A DNA stretch of 64,000 nt from Alphaproteobacteria bacterium (GCA_009694185.1 SHVR01000005.1:10468-74467); one strand, 5' to 3'; shown: positions 9,341-20,250, counted from the stretch's first letter. The notes: a model not told the origin generated them from the letters alone. Numbers and translations: made by a program.

Positions 9341-11621
9341 GCGTCTTTAATGGTTCGCCCAGGGTGACGTCCGTGGCCGCGCTCGTCTGTCGTCTCGAAC
9401 CGGTCGGAAAAACCAATGTCACCCGCGCGCCCCCAAACTCGCCATCCTCCAACAGCAACCGCCCACCATGGTCTTCCATGATCTTGGCGACAATGGCAAG
9501 CCCCAGGCCGGTACCCTTGGCGCGGGTCGTCACATAGGGCTCTGTCAATCGATCCCGGTTTTGTTGCGGCAAGCCGATCCCGGTATCGTCGGTGACGATC
9601 TTGATGGCACGGTCTTCGACCCAGAGCGCGAGGTTGATCTCGGACTCGCCCGCGGCAAGTCCCTTGCCGGCGGCGCCGTCTCGAACCCGGCGAGCCTCGA
9701 TCGCTTCGGCTGCGTTGGTCAAAAGATTGGTGAGTGCCTGCCCGACCTGCCGGGCGTCGCAGTCGAGCAGCACGGGCGCCGACGGCAGCCTCAGGCGATA
9801 GCGGATCGCGGCATGGGCATGGCGTTGCAAGACGACCGCCTGCTCGATCAGTTTGGCGAGATCGCATGGCCGCATGACCGGCGCCGGCATGCGGGCAAAA
9901 TCGGAAAACTCGTCGACCATCCGGCGCAGGTCCTCGACCTGGCGCACGATCGTATCGGTGCAAAGCGCGAATGTCTGCGGGTCGCTTTCGATCTCGGCGA
10001 GATAGCGGCGCTTAAGGCGCTCCGCCGACAGTTGGATCGGGGTCAACGGGTTCTTGATTTCATGCGCGATACGGCGCGCCACATCGCCCCATGCCGCCTT
10101 GCGCTGGGCGGACAGGAGTTCGGTAATATCGGTGAAGGTGACGACGCCGCCGCCATCGCCGCTGATATCGGGGGCCTCGCTCGCCGCCCGCACCAAGAGG
10201 GTGCGCGCCTGACTGTCGATGACGATCGGCACCTGGGATTCGACCAGCTCGCCGGGCCGGGTCAGGGCATCGGCCACGATATCGGCAAGTTCCGGAACCA
10301 CGTCACCCAGCGGTTGGCCGATACAGCGCTCTAGGTCGAGGCCAAGCAGGTCGGATGCCGTCCGATTGGGGAGATTGAGCCGGCCGTCCTGGTCGACACC
10401 GATAACGCCGGCCGCGACCCCCGACAGGACCGCCTCGGTGAAGCGTCGCCGTTCGTCGAGCTGGCGATTGGCGTCGATCAATTCGGCGCGTTGGGTGCCA
10501 AGCTGGTTGGTCATGCGATTGAACGCCCGGCTGAGGGTACCGAGCTCGTCCGCGTCGGAAGCGTCTTGCACCCTGACCGTGAGGTCGCCGGCCCGAACCC
10601 GTTCGGCCGCTTCGACCAGTTCGCTCACGGGGCGGGCCAGGCGCTGAGCGAGCGCCACGCCGACCCACACGGCCACCAACAGAAACAGCAGCGATATCAT
10701 GGCGAAAATCAAGCCGAATGTGACCTCGATATCGCCGCGCTGGCCCTCCAGTCGCTCATAGTCGCTGACCGCGTCCCGCACCCTGTCGAGGTGATTGAGG
10801 ACACGCCGCTCGACATAGCGTCCGACATAAAGGAAGAGATCGCCGATTTCATCGAGACGGACCAGGGCGCGAATACGGTCCTCGGTTTCATTCACCAGTA
10901 CCGCGACGCCGCCGCGCCGGGCTTCGTCCAGCGCCCAGTCCGGAACCGTCTCGAACTCGAGGCGGTAAGTAAGCCCCGAGCGCGCCACGATGTTACCGCC
11001 GGAATCGAAAATCACGGCTTCCGGCAGCCCGCGAAAGACCGTTTGCGTCTCGATAACCCGTTGCAGGCGCGCGGGATTGGCGAGCAGCGACGGACCCGAG
11101 CGATTGATGTCATTGGCCATGGCCAGCGTATCGCCGGCGATCACTTGCTGGTGCTCGCGCATATAGGCTTGCGCCACGGCGATGGATTCGGTGAGCGCGG
11201 TGCGCACCCGCTGACTGAACCAGCCCTGGAGGCCGAAATGGAAGAACAGCACGGAAAATACCGCCACCAGGATGGTGGGAACCGTGGCCACCACGCTGAA
11301 GAGGAACACCAATCGCACATGCAGCCTGGATCCCGCGAGCCGCCGGCGCCGGTCGACCCAGAGTTCGACAACCCGCCTTGCGATCACGGCGGCCAACAGC
11401 AGCAGGAAGACCAGATCGACATTGAGAAGAATCAGCACATTGGTCGGATTGCGCGGAATGAAGGGCGCGGCATCCGTCATGACGAGGTAGCTCACAAGCG
11501 CGCTCACAAGCGCGGCGGCGGCAAGACCCCAGGCCAACTTCTGGGCAAGGCCCACGCGGTTGACCCACCGGCGCACGCGGTGGGAGGGCAGGCTCGGCAC
11601 GGGTAGCGGCTCAATGGTCAT
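9324..11621 (-). CDS. ntrY: sensor histidine kinase NtrY
   Basis: An N-terminal multi-TM region is followed by HAMP, PAS, an H-box (HEIKNPLTPIQLSAERL) and HATPase (GTGLGLAIV). It overlaps the ntrX start by 17 nt. Confidence 0.9.
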   Translation of the reverse strand: MTIEPLPVPSLPSHRVRRWVNRVGLAQKLAWGLAAAALVSALVSYLVMTDAAPFIPRNPTNVLILLNVDLVFLLLLAAVIARRVVELWVDRRRRLAGSRLHVRLVFLFSVVATVPTILVAVFSVLFFHFGLQGWFSQRVRTALTESIAVAQAYMREHQQVIAGDTLAMANDINRSGPSLLANPARLQRVIETQTVFRGLPEAVIFDSGGNIVARSGLTYRLEFETVPDWALDEARRGGVAVLVNETEDRIRALVRLDEIGDLFLYVGRYVERRVLNHLDRVRDAVSDYERLEGQRGDIEVTFGLIFAMISLLFLLVAVWVGVALAQRLARPVSELVEAAERVRAGDLTVRVQDASDADELGTLSRAFNRMTNQLGTQRAELIDANRQLDERRRFTEAVLSGVAAGVIGVDQDGRLNLPNRTASDLLGLDLERCIGQPLGDVVPELADIVADALTRPGELVESQVPIVIDSQARTLLVRAASEAPDISGDGGGVVTFTDITELLSAQRKAAWGDVARRIAHEIKNPLTPIQLSAERLKRRYLAEIESDPQTFALCTDTIVRQVEDLRRMVDEFSDFARMPAPVMRPCDLAKLIEQAVVLQRHAHAAIRYRLRLPSAPVLLDCDARQVGQALTNLLTNAAEAIEARRVRDGAAGKGLAAGESEINLALWVEDRAIKIVTDDTGIGLPQQNRDRLTEPYVTTRAKGTGLGLAIVAKIMEDHGGRLLLEDGEFGGARVTLVFPTGSRRQTSAATDVTLGEPLKTHAHGA

Positions 11622-11675
11622 GGTAAAAGCGGGTCCAACCGTCTGACATGTGCCCCCGCGGGCGGGATTGCATGT

Positions 11676-13127
11676 CTATCTTAGCCCCCGGACCACGGGG
11701 ATATCCAGTTCGCGGATTTTCTTCCTGAGCGTGTTGCGATTGATACCCAGCAATTCCGCCGCCTTGACTTGATTACCGCGCGTCAACGCCAGGGTGAGCG
11801 CGATCAACGGCCGCTCGACCTCGCGCACCACCCGGTCATGCAGGCCCGGTGCCGGCAGGCCATCGCCGTGGGCGGCAAAGTACCCGCGCAGATGGCGTTC
11901 GATCGACGATCCGAAGGACTCGTCCTCGGCAACGACCGTCGTTCCGCCCGTCTCGATCGGGTGCGCCTCGCTCAGTTCCGCCTCGACGATCTGGGCGTCG
12001 ATTTCTTCCTGGGCGTAGAGCGCCGCCAGGCGGCGGACCAGGTTCTCCAGTTCGCGCACATTGCCGGGCCAGCGGTGCCGCCTGAGACGCTCGATGGCGG
12101 CGCTGTCGAGACGCTTGGCCGGCAATCCCTCTTTGATGGCTTGCGCCAGAAAATGTTGCACCAGGGCGGGAATGTCCTCGCTGCGCTCGCGCAAGGGCGG
12201 CAGGCGCACGGGAACCACGTTCAGCCGGTAGAACAGGTCCTCGCGAAAGCGGCCCTGGCGGATCAGTTGGCGCAGATCATGGTGTGTTGCCGCGACGATG
12301 CGCACATCGGTGCGGATCGCGCCGCGGCCGCCGACGGACGTGTATTCGCCTTGTTGCAAGACCCGGAGAAGGCGGGTCTGGGCATCGGGTGGCATGTCGC
12401 CGATTTCGTCGAGGAACAGCGTGCCGCCCTCGGCCTGCTCGAAACGGCCGATGCCGCGATTGGTGGCACCGGTAAAGGCACCCTTTTCATGGCCAAACAG
12501 TTCGCTTTCAATCAGCTCGCGCGGGATGGCCGCCATGTTCACGGCAACGAACGGACCGTTGCGCCGTTTGCCATAGTCGTGCAGGGCGCGCGCGACCAGT
12601 TCCTTGCCAGTCCCCGACTCGCCGGCGATCATGACCGTGAGGTCGGTGCCCATCAGCCGCGCCAGAACCCGGTAGATGTCCTGCATGGCGGGCGAGCGGC
12701 CGATCAGCGGCAATTGTCCCCCGCCCTCCTCCGCCTCCAGCTCGGGCTGGCGCTCCTGGGGGTGCGGTTCGGTCAGCGCTCGCCGGACGACATTGACCAG
12801 CTCCTTCAGATCGAAGGGCTTGGGTAGATATTCGAAGGCGCCACGCTCGGTCGCCTTGACCGCCGTCATGAGCGTGCTGTGGGCGCTCATGACCACGACG
12901 CGCAGATCGGGCCGGAGCTTGCGAATGCGCGGGATCAGGTCGAGGCCGTTTTCGTCCGGCATGACCACGTCGGTGATCACCAGATCGCCCTGGCCGTCAC
13001 TGACCCAGCGCCAGAGAGTCGCGGCCGTGCCGGTGGTGCGTACTTCATAGCCGACGCGCGCCAGCGCCTGGGTCAGCACCGTCCGGATGCCCCGATCATC
13101 GTCGGCGATGAGGATCGTGGACGCCAT
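11676..13127 (-). CDS. ntrC: nitrogen regulation protein NR(I), NtrC
   Basis: It starts [11 protein letters not shown] (REC), has a sigma-54 activation domain ([29 protein letters not shown]) and a Fis-type HTH. Confidence 0.95.
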   Translation of the reverse strand: MASTILIADDDRGIRTVLTQALARVGYEVRTTGTAATLWRWVSDGQGDLVITDVVMPDENGLDLIPRIRKLRPDLRVVVMSAHSTLMTAVKATERGAFEYLPKPFDLKELVNVVRRALTEPHPQERQPELEAEEGGGQLPLIGRSPAMQDIYRVLARLMGTDLTVMIAGESGTGKELVARALHDYGKRRNGPFVAVNMAAIPRELIESELFGHEKGAFTGATNRGIGRFEQAEGGTLFLDEIGDMPPDAQTRLLRVLQQGEYTSVGGRGAIRTDVRIVAATHHDLRQLIRQGRFREDLFYRLNVVPVRLPPLRERSEDIPALVQHFLAQAIKEGLPAKRLDSAAIERLRRHRWPGNVRELENLVRRLAALYAQEEIDAQIVEAELSEAHPIETGGTTVVAEDESFGSSIERHLRGYFAAHGDGLPAPGLHDRVVREVERPLIALTLALTRGNQVKAAELLGINRNTLRKKIRELDIPVVRGLR

Positions 13128-14281
13128 CAGATTGCCTCGCTGTTGGTGCTGACCGGCAGCATGACGCGAAAGACGGTTCGCTTGGGCTCGCTATCGAACT
13201 CGATGACCCCGCCGTGATCGCCGACGATCTTGGCGACCAGCGCCAGGCCGAGGCCATGGCCAGAGGGCTTGGTGGTGACGAACGGATCGAAGAGATGGCC
13301 GCGTAGATCCTCGGGGATACCGTGGCCGTTGTCCTGCACGCTCACCTGGAGCGGCAGTTGCACGCGGTGCGACGTGCCGGGGAGCGCCAGGCGCACGCCA
13401 TGGCGATAGGCCGTCGAAAGAACCACCTCGCCACCCGCTTCCGGCACCGCGTCGACGGCGTTGCGCACCAAATTGAGGAACACCTGGATGAGAAGGTCGC
13501 GGTTGCCGAAGACCGGGGGCAGCGACGGGTCGTAGGTCTCGACCAGCCGCACATGGCGAGCGAAGCTCGTCTGGGCGATCTTGCGCACCTGCTCCATGAC
13601 GCGATGGATATTGACGGGTCTGCGCTCCAAGGGCCGCTGGTCGGAAAACACCTCCATGCGGTCGACGAGCTGGCAGATGCGATCGGACTCATCGCAGATC
13701 AGGCGCGTCAATTCCCGGTCCGCCGGGTCGGCATTCTCCTCGATCAGTTGCGCGGCGCCACGAATACTGGCCAGCGGGTTCTTGACTTCGTGGGCGAGGA
13801 TCGCCGCCATCCCCATCACCGAGCGAGCGGCGTTGCGATGGGTCAATTGCTGGTCGATTTTTTGCGCGACCGAGAGCTCCTGGATCGCCAGCACAATGTC
13901 GCCCCTGCTCTGGCCGTCGTCGCCCGGCACCGGCGCCAGCTGTAGCGTCGTGGCGGGTGCCGCAAAGCGCGGGCCGTCCAGGCTCACGCCATATTCCGTC
14001 AAGCTATGCCCGCCATCGCGGACTTGGCGAATGAGGTCGAAGATCGGGTGATCCGGCGCGAGGATGCCGGTCAGAGGCTGCCCTTGGACTTGGCTGGCGC
14101 TGGCCTTGAACAAGTGCTCGGCCGCCGGGTTGATATAGCGGACAATGCCGGCCCCATCGAGCAGCACCACGGCATTGGCAAGCGCGCTCAACATGGCCGC
14201 ATAGGAAGGTATCTCATGATGACCGATGGCCGGGGTCGGAGCGGGCGGGGGTTCCGTCCGGTGCGCGCGGTGGGCGATCAT
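13127..14281 (-). CDS. ntrB: nitrogen regulation sensor kinase NtrB
   Basis: PAS domain, H-box [16 protein letters not shown], and HATPase GHGLGLALV. It is coupled to ntrC with a 1-nt overlap. Confidence 0.9.
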   Translation of the reverse strand: MIAHRAHRTEPPPAPTPAIGHHEIPSYAAMLSALANAVVLLDGAGIVRYINPAAEHLFKASASQVQGQPLTGILAPDHPIFDLIRQVRDGGHSLTEYGVSLDGPRFAAPATTLQLAPVPGDDGQSRGDIVLAIQELSVAQKIDQQLTHRNAARSVMGMAAILAHEVKNPLASIRGAAQLIEENADPADRELTRLICDESDRICQLVDRMEVFSDQRPLERRPVNIHRVMEQVRKIAQTSFARHVRLVETYDPSLPPVFGNRDLLIQVFLNLVRNAVDAVPEAGGEVVLSTAYRHGVRLALPGTSHRVQLPLQVSVQDNGHGIPEDLRGHLFDPFVTTKPSGHGLGLALVAKIVGDHGGVIEFDSEPKRTVFRVMLPVSTNSEAI

Positions 14282-14448
14282 GCCAAACTTCGATCGTTCG
14301 AGTAAATGCCCATAATTTAACCATGTTAATATATTGCCTATAAATTAAACTATCGCCCGTGGCGGGCGATCCCGCAAGCGAATTGCTGTTGCAGCGCAAT
14401 AGGCGCGGCCGCTATGAGAATCGGCGCGAAAGGGAGACGGCATCCGCC

Positions 14449-15648
14449 ATGACCAGCTCGCGAACGAACGATGGAGGGCCCGCCGTTATCGACTGTGTGG
14501 CACTCATCGTCGCCGCCGGGCGCGGTGAACGCGCGGGCGGCGGGTTGCCCAAGCAATACCGCGCCGTAGCGGGTGTCGCGGTATTGCGGCGCAGTATCGT
14601 GGCGTTTGCCGGCCATCCCGGCGTCGGAGCCGTTCGCTGTGTGATCCATGCGGGCGATAGGGCTCTTTATGAGGCGGCGGTTGAGGGTCTCGATCTTCTT
14701 GAACCGACCCCAGGGGGCGCCACCCGGCAGGAGTCGGTGCGTTTGGGTCTGGAGAGCCTGGCGTTACTCGCTCCACGCCTGGTGTTGATCCACGACGCCG
14801 CCAGGCCCTTTGTTTCGCCGGCTGTGATCGACGCGACGCTCGCCGCGTTGGGCGAGACTGAGGGCGCCATTCCGGGGCTCGCGGTGCATGATACGCTGAA
14901 GCGTGCGAAGGCGGGCCGCATCGAGGCAACCGTCGAACGCGCCGGCCTCTGGCGCGCTCAGACGCCGCAAGGGTTTCGCTATGGGGCCATTTTGGCGGCC
15001 CACCGGAGGGTGGCGGGCCGAGAGCATAGCGACGACGCGGCGGTGGCGGAAGCCGCCGGCATGGCGGTCCGGATCGTCGCCGGCAGCGAGGACAATGTGA
15101 AGCTCACCACGTCCGAGGATTTCAGCCGCGCCGAGCGCGCCTTGACGATCGGGACAGATCGGATCGCGGTCGGCTCGGGCTTCGACGTGCATGCCTTCGG
15201 ACCGGGCACTTCGGTCAGGCTCTGCGGCGTTACGATCCTGCACGACCAGGGCCTGGCCGGCCATTCCGACGCCGATGTCGGCCTCCATGCCTTGACCGAC
15301 GCCATCCTCGGCGCGCTCGGCGAGGGCGACATCGGCAGTCACTTCCCGCCAAGCGAGGCGCGGTGGAAGGGCGCGGACTCCGCCCTCTTTCTTCGCCACG
15401 CCGCCGATCTGGTGCGCGACCGGGGCGGCCGGATCGAGCATGTCGACGTGACGCTGATCTGCGAGCGGCCGAAGGTCGGCCCGCATCGCGGTGCCATGCG
15501 CCAACGCGTGGCCCGGATTCTGGACTTGGCCATCGCGGCGGTCGGCATCAAGGCGACCACGACCGAGGGCTTGGGTTTCACCGGCCGACGCGAGGGCATT
15601 GCCGCGCAAGCCGTCGCCACGCTCCGGCTGCCGCTGCTCGCCGGCTGA
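14449..15648 (+). CDS. ispDF: bifunctional 2-C-methyl-D-erythritol 4-phosphate cytidylyltransferase / MEcPP synthase IspDF
   Basis: An IspD N-terminal half (IVAAGRGER) is fused to an IspF C-terminal half ([15 protein letters not shown]). The ATG at 14449 is preceded by a GGGAG RBS. The track ORF extends to 14359, but that 5' part looks like promoter sequence. Confidence 0.9.
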   Translation: MTSSRTNDGGPAVIDCVALIVAAGRGERAGGGLPKQYRAVAGVAVLRRSIVAFAGHPGVGAVRCVIHAGDRALYEAAVEGLDLLEPTPGGATRQESVRLGLESLALLAPRLVLIHDAARPFVSPAVIDATLAALGETEGAIPGLAVHDTLKRAKAGRIEATVERAGLWRAQTPQGFRYGAILAAHRRVAGREHSDDAAVAEAAGMAVRIVAGSEDNVKLTTSEDFSRAERALTIGTDRIAVGSGFDVHAFGPGTSVRLCGVTILHDQGLAGHSDADVGLHALTDAILGALGEGDIGSHFPPSEARWKGADSALFLRHAADLVRDRGGRIEHVDVTLICERPKVGPHRGAMRQRVARILDLAIAAVGIKATTTEGLGFTGRREGIAAQAVATLRLPLLAG

Positions 15649-16112
15649 TGGGCGGGCAAGCGCGCGCCGCCCGCCTGATCGCGACCGGCTTCGGCATCGG
15701 CAAGCTGCCCTGGGCACCCGGCACATGGGGCTCGCTAGCCGCTCTTCCCCTGGCTTGGGCGATCGCGGGGTCGCTCGGCCCGGGCACGCTGCTTTTGGCG
15801 GCGCTCGCACTCTCGGCGCTCGGCATCTGGGCGGTCGGGCGCCATGCGCTGGAGCTGGATCAGCAGGACCCCGGTTGCATCGTCGTCGACGAGGTGGCGG
15901 GCCAGTGGCTGGCGCTTGCCTTCGTGCCGCCGGACCTCTGGCTCTACTGCCTGGGCTTTCTGCTGTTTCGTCTCGCTGATATCGTGAAGCCGTGGCCGGC
16001 GAGTTGGATCGACCGGCAGATGACGGGCGGCGCCGGCATCATGGCCGACGATCTGGTGGCCGGACTCTATGCGGCGGCGGCGCTCGCCATGATCGGGGAG
16101 TGGCTCTTATGA
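15648..16112 (+). CDS. pgpA: phosphatidylglycerophosphatase A
   Basis: GFGIGKLPWAPGTWGS is the PgpA signature. The start overlaps the ispDF stop as ATGA. Confidence 0.85.
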   Translation: MGGQARAARLIATGFGIGKLPWAPGTWGSLAALPLAWAIAGSLGPGTLLLAALALSALGIWAVGRHALELDQQDPGCIVVDEVAGQWLALAFVPPDLWLYCLGFLLFRLADIVKPWPASWIDRQMTGGAGIMADDLVAGLYAAAALAMIGEWLL

Positions 16113-16612
16113 CGACGCTCTTTCCCAAGGCGATCCTCGACCTGGCGGCGGCGGTGCTCGACGATTATCGCCGCGCCGGCCGGCGGCTGACGACGGCCGA
16201 AAGCTGTACGGGTGGCCTTGTCGCCGGTGCCTTGACCGAGATCGCCGGTTCGTCCGACGTGGTCAGGCGCGGCTTCGTGACATATTCCAACGCGGCCAAG
16301 GTCGAAATCTTAGGTGTTCCCGAGGCGGTGCTGGAACGCCATGGCGCGGTCAGCGCCGAGACCGTGCTGGCCATGGCCGAAGGGGCACTCGTCCGGGCCG
16401 GTGATGACGCCCATGCGGCGCTCTCCGTCAGCGGCGTCGCGGGCCCCGGCGGCGGCTCGCCCGTAAAGCCGGTCGGCACCGTCTGGATAGCCGTCGCCAG
16501 CCGGGAGAAAAAGGCCGAAGCCCATCACTTCGTCTTTCCCGGCGACCGTGCCGCCATCCGCCTCGCCGCCGTCGAAGCGGCCCTCAGACTTCTCGGCGGC
16601 CGAGCGAGTTAG
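16109..16612 (+). CDS. CinA C-terminal domain protein / nicotinamide-nucleotide amidohydrolase PncC-like
   Basis: TTAESCTGGLVAGALTEIAGSS...GVPE is the CinA_C signature. It overlaps the pgpA stop by 4 nt. Confidence 0.85.
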   Translation: MTTLFPKAILDLAAAVLDDYRRAGRRLTTAESCTGGLVAGALTEIAGSSDVVRRGFVTYSNAAKVEILGVPEAVLERHGAVSAETVLAMAEGALVRAGDDAHAALSVSGVAGPGGGSPVKPVGTVWIAVASREKKAEAHHFVFPGDRAAIRLAAVEAALRLLGGRAS

Positions 16613-17060
16613 CGGCGAGCGGCGCGCCGCCGGCACCGTAGAGCACACGGGCGCGCGCCTCGAAGGCACCCACCATGCGCCTGATCGCCTCGTGAAAGAC
16701 GACGCCGATCAGCGCCCTGAGAATGCGTGAGTGGAATTCGAAATCGACGAAGAAGTCGATGACGGCGCCGCCGGGTGCCGGCTCGAAGACCCAATGGTTC
16801 CGCAGATTGCGCAGCGGGCCATTGACATAGGTGACGTGGATCTTGTCCGGCCGCTCGAGCACTATGCGCGAGGTGAAGGTCTCGCGCACCAGCTTGAAGC
16901 CGATCATCAGGTCGGCGACCACCACATCGCCTTGCCGGCTGTCGATGCGGGCACCCACGCACCAGGGCAAGAACTCGGGATAGCGCTCGATGTCGGCGAC
17001 CATGTCGAAGAGCTGCTCCGGCGTAAATGCGACCTGGCGGCGCTCATGATGGGTCGGCAT
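16584..17060 (-). CDS. SRPBCC-family protein (RatA/COQ10-like, polyketide cyclase fold)
   Basis: It shows START/Bet v1 fold sequence patterns and sits immediately downstream of lipA, a conserved alphaproteobacterial pairing. The ATG is at 17060. Confidence 0.75.
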   Translation of the reverse strand: MPTHHERRQVAFTPEQLFDMVADIERYPEFLPWCVGARIDSRQGDVVVADLMIGFKLVRETFTSRIVLERPDKIHVTYVNGPLRNLRNHWVFEPAPGGAVIDFFVDFEFHSRILRALIGVVFHEAIRRMVGAFEARARVLYGAGGAPLAANSLGRREV

Positions 17061-17061
17061 G

Positions 17062-18027
17062 TCAGGGGCTTGTCGCCGCCGGCGTCGCGAGCCGTGCCTG
17101 GCGCGCCAGCGCCAAGCGCACGAAATCCGCGTCCGCATGGTAAGAGGAGCGCGTCAGCGGCGAGGCGGCGACCAGGAGAAAGCCCTTGCCGAGCGCCAGT
17201 TTGCCATAGGCCACGAACTCGTCGGGAGTGACGAACCGGTCGATGGCATGATGTTTCACCGTCGGCTGGAGATATTGGCCGATGGTCAGGAAATCGCAGT
17301 CGACGGCCCTGAGATCGTCCATTACCTGCATGACCTGTTGGCGCGTTTCGCCAAGACCGACCATCAGGCCGGACTTGGTGAAGATGGAGCCGTCCAGCTC
17401 CTTTACCCGGTCGAGGAGGCGGAGGCTCGCATAATAGCGGGCACCCGGCCGCACCTCGGGATACAGCCCCGGCACGGTCTCCAGATTGTGGTTGTAGACG
17501 TCGGGCCGGGCGGCGACGACAATTTCGATTGCCCCGTCCTTGCGCAGGAAATCCGGGGTCAGCACCTCGATCGTCGTGCCGGGCGCGCGGGCGCGAATGG
17601 CCCGGATCACCGCCGCGAAGTGCCCTGCCCCGCCATCTTCCAGATCGTCCCGGTCGACCGAGGTCACGACCACATGGGCGAGGCCGAGCTGCGCGACCGC
17701 GTTGGCGACATTATCCGGCTCATGCGGGTCGAGAAGGTCGGGCCGGCCGGTCGCCACATTGCAGAAGGTGCAGGCGCGGGTGCAGACCGACCCCAGAATC
17801 ATCATGGTGGCGTGGCGCTTGGCCCAGCACTCGCCGATATTGGGGCACGCCGCCTCCTCGCAAACCGTGCGCAGATTGTTGTCGCGCACAATCTTCCGCG
17901 TCGCCTGGTAACCTGGCGAGGTCGGCGCCTTGACGCGAATCCAGGCAGGCTTGCGCTGAATCGGGCTATCCGGGCGATGCGCCTTCTCGGGATGGCGCGG
18001 GCGCGGCGAATCGGGCGAATTGGTCAT
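17062..18027 (-). CDS. lipA: lipoyl synthase
   Basis: Both radical-SAM cysteine clusters are present ([13 protein letters not shown] and [10 protein letters not shown]). Confidence 0.95.
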   Translation of the reverse strand: MTNSPDSPRPRHPEKAHRPDSPIQRKPAWIRVKAPTSPGYQATRKIVRDNNLRTVCEEAACPNIGECWAKRHATMMILGSVCTRACTFCNVATGRPDLLDPHEPDNVANAVAQLGLAHVVVTSVDRDDLEDGGAGHFAAVIRAIRARAPGTTIEVLTPDFLRKDGAIEIVVAARPDVYNHNLETVPGLYPEVRPGARYYASLRLLDRVKELDGSIFTKSGLMVGLGETRQQVMQVMDDLRAVDCDFLTIGQYLQPTVKHHAIDRFVTPDEFVAYGKLALGKGFLLVAASPLTRSSYHADADFVRLALARQARLATPAATSP

Positions 18028-18426
18028 CTAACCTTGCTTCATGCCCGGTGGCAGCACCGTCGTTTCATCGACGATGGCGAGGGCGAGCTGTTCGGGGGTC
18101 AGGCCGCGGACGTTGGCGAGGTTGGCGCCTTTTAGGTCCGTATTCATCAGAACCGCATCGGTAAGATCGGCCCCCTCCAGATTCGCTCCGGTCAAATTGG
18201 CGCGCGTCAGATTGGCGCCGCGCAAATTCGCACCCATCAACAATGCGAGCGCCACGTCGGCGTCGATCAGGTTCGCCCTTCCTAAGTTCGCTTCCGTGAG
18301 ATTCGTCTTCCGGAAATCCGCCTTCTCAAGCCAGGTACGGCTCAGGTCCGTGCCGGGAATAATGGCCCCCGAAAGATCGACCCGGAACCCAGCTGCTTTC
18401 AGTGCCGCCCTATCCGCCGCTGTCAT
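18028..18426 (-). CDS. pentapeptide-repeat protein
   Basis: It contains tandem A(N/D)LxxA pentapeptide repeats (ANLGRANLIDADVALALLMGANLRGANLTRANLTGANLEGADLTDAVLMNTDLKGANL). A GGAGG RBS lies upstream of the start. Its stop abuts the lipA start. Confidence 0.8.
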   Translation of the reverse strand: MTAADRAALKAAGFRVDLSGAIIPGTDLSRTWLEKADFRKTNLTEANLGRANLIDADVALALLMGANLRGANLTRANLTGANLEGADLTDAVLMNTDLKGANLANVRGLTPEQLALAIVDETTVLPPGMKQG

Positions 18427-18493
18427 CACCGTCCTCCGAGACCTTCGACCTCAGAAACCTCATAATAGCCCGTACATCGAGTGCCGATCGATT

Positions 18494-18829
18494 CTACGTC
18501 GCCCGCCCGCGGATATATGCCGTGAGCAGTTCGAGGACGGACAGCGTGAAATCGGGAAAGTCATCCGCGATGCGGCGCAACATGTAAATGCCACCCAGTC
18601 TGACCTCGAGCCGTTCCGCACCCAGTTGCGAAACGGCCTTTCCGAACAACTCGGTAACATGCGTGCGGCGGGAAATCGCCGCCTGGTCCGCCGCCGCTTT
18701 CGACTGGCGGCTCGCGGCCAAACCCCGCCAAGCCGCCAAGCCAAGTCCCAATGCACCCGCCACGACGATGGCGAAGTTGCGGACCACCTCGCTGAGTTCC
18801 AGCCAATCGTCCATACGAGCGACCGTCAT
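18494..18829 (-). CDS. hypothetical single-TM protein whose LGGIYMLRRIA helical region resembles the N-terminal module of pentapeptide-repeat proteins
   Basis: One TM helix precedes a soluble region with the GGIYxLxRIA...LTAYIR motif. I recall that motif preceding pentapeptide repeats in single-chain homologues. It stops 65 nt before the pentapeptide ORF, in a different frame. Confidence 0.5.
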   Translation of the reverse strand: MTVARMDDWLELSEVVRNFAIVVAGALGLGLAAWRGLAASRQSKAAADQAAISRRTHVTELFGKAVSQLGAERLEVRLGGIYMLRRIADDFPDFTLSVLELLTAYIRGRAT

Positions 18830-18832
18830 CGC

Positions 18833-20233
18833 TTAGATGTGGAGTGCGCGGCCATAAGCGTCAAGCACCGACTCGTGCATCATCTCCGAGAGGGTGGGAT
18901 GGGGGAATACGGTCTGCATCAACTCGGCCTCGGTGGCTTCGAGGGCGCGGGCGATGCCGAAGCCCTGAATGAGCTCGGTGACCTCGGCGCCGATCATGTG
19001 GGCGCCCAGGAGTTCGCCGGTCTTGGCATCGAAGACGGTCTTGACCAGGCCCTCCGGCTCGCCGAGCGCCACCGCCTTGCCATTGCCGATAAAGGGGAAC
19101 TTGCCGACCCTGACTTCCCGCCCGCCGGCCCTCGCCGCCTGTTCGGTCAGGCCGACGCTCGCCACTTGCGGGCGGCAATAGGTGCAGCCTGGTACCTTGG
19201 TCACATCGAGCGGATGCAGCCCCTCGATGCCGGCGATACGCTCGGCCACCAGGACGCCCTCGTGGTTGGCCTTGTGGGCGAGCCAGGGCGGCCCCACCAG
19301 GTCGCCAATGGCGGAGATTCCGGCGACCCCCGTCTCCAGCCATTGATTGACCACCACATGACCCTTCTCGACCTTGACGCCCGCTCCCTCAAGGCCGATG
19401 TCCTCGACATTGCCGGTGATGCCGACCGCCAGGATCACCCGCTCGACCGCGATCTCCTGGGTCTTGCCGCCGCCGGCCACGGTGGCCGTCACTTGCCCAC
19501 CACCCTTCTTCAGGCCGCTGACCGTGGCACTGGTCAGGATGCGCATGCCCTGCTTCTCGAACGCCTTTCGGGCGAGTGCCGAAATATCATGGTCCTCGAC
19601 GGGCAAGACCCGGTCGAGCACTTCGACCACCGTCACCTCGGCGCCCATGTCGCGATAGAAGCTCGCAAATTCGATGCCGATGGCACCCGATCCCACCACC
19701 AAAAGCGACTTTGGCATAGTCTCTGGAACCATCGCCTCCCGGTAAGTCCAAACCAACTTGCCGTCGGGCTCAAGGCCCGGCAGCGTGCGTGCCCGGGCGC
19801 CGGTCGCAAGCACGATATGCTTGGCCATTACCTCGCCCACCGCTTTCCCGTCCTTGGCAACGGCGAGCGTGCCAGGACCCGCGAGCCTGCCGGTGCCGTC
19901 CAGGACGGTGACCTTGTGCTTGCGCATTAGATGCCCGACGCCGCCCGTGAGCTGCTTCGAGACGGCGCGCGAACGGGCAATCACCTTCTTCAGATCGAAC
20001 TTGATGTCTTTGGCACTGAAGCCGAAGGCGTCGAGATTGTGCAGAATATGGTGGATCTCGCTCGCCCTGAGCAGCGCCTTGGTCGGGATGCAGCCCCAGT
20101 TGACGCAGATGCCGCCTAACTGCTCGCGCTCGACCAGCGCCACCTTCATGCCGAGTTGGCTCAGGCGGATTGCAGCCACATAACCGCCGGGCCCGCCGCC
20201 GAGCACCGCCACATCGTAACCGGCGTCGGCCAT
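18833..20233 (-). CDS. lpdA: dihydrolipoyl dehydrogenase (E3)
   Basis: FAD-binding motifs GGGPGGY and the redox-active disulfide GGICVNWGCIPTK are present. It is the last gene of the pdh cluster. Confidence 0.95.
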   Translation of the reverse strand: MADAGYDVAVLGGGPGGYVAAIRLSQLGMKVALVEREQLGGICVNWGCIPTKALLRASEIHHILHNLDAFGFSAKDIKFDLKKVIARSRAVSKQLTGGVGHLMRKHKVTVLDGTGRLAGPGTLAVAKDGKAVGEVMAKHIVLATGARARTLPGLEPDGKLVWTYREAMVPETMPKSLLVVGSGAIGIEFASFYRDMGAEVTVVEVLDRVLPVEDHDISALARKAFEKQGMRILTSATVSGLKKGGGQVTATVAGGGKTQEIAVERVILAVGITGNVEDIGLEGAGVKVEKGHVVVNQWLETGVAGISAIGDLVGPPWLAHKANHEGVLVAERIAGIEGLHPLDVTKVPGCTYCRPQVASVGLTEQAARAGGREVRVGKFPFIGNGKAVALGEPEGLVKTVFDAKTGELLGAHMIGAEVTELIQGFGIARALEATEAELMQTVFPHPTLSEMMHESVLDAYGRALHI

Positions 20234-20250
20234 CGCTCTCTCCTCTAAGT

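Noticed and set aside
14359-14448. N-terminal 30-aa extension of IspDF (track ORF start at 14359)
   Set aside because: The extension is Arg-rich and unlike IspD N-termini. The conserved IspD start (…IVAAGRG) follows the ATG at 14449 with a GGGAG RBS. The upstream stretch contains palindromic or promoter-like sequence.
18041-19930. 629-aa ORF on the plus strand
   Set aside because: It is entirely antisense to the well-supported lpdA and pentapeptide genes. It is Arg/Ala/Pro-rich, low-complexity translation typical of antisense GC-rich DNA.
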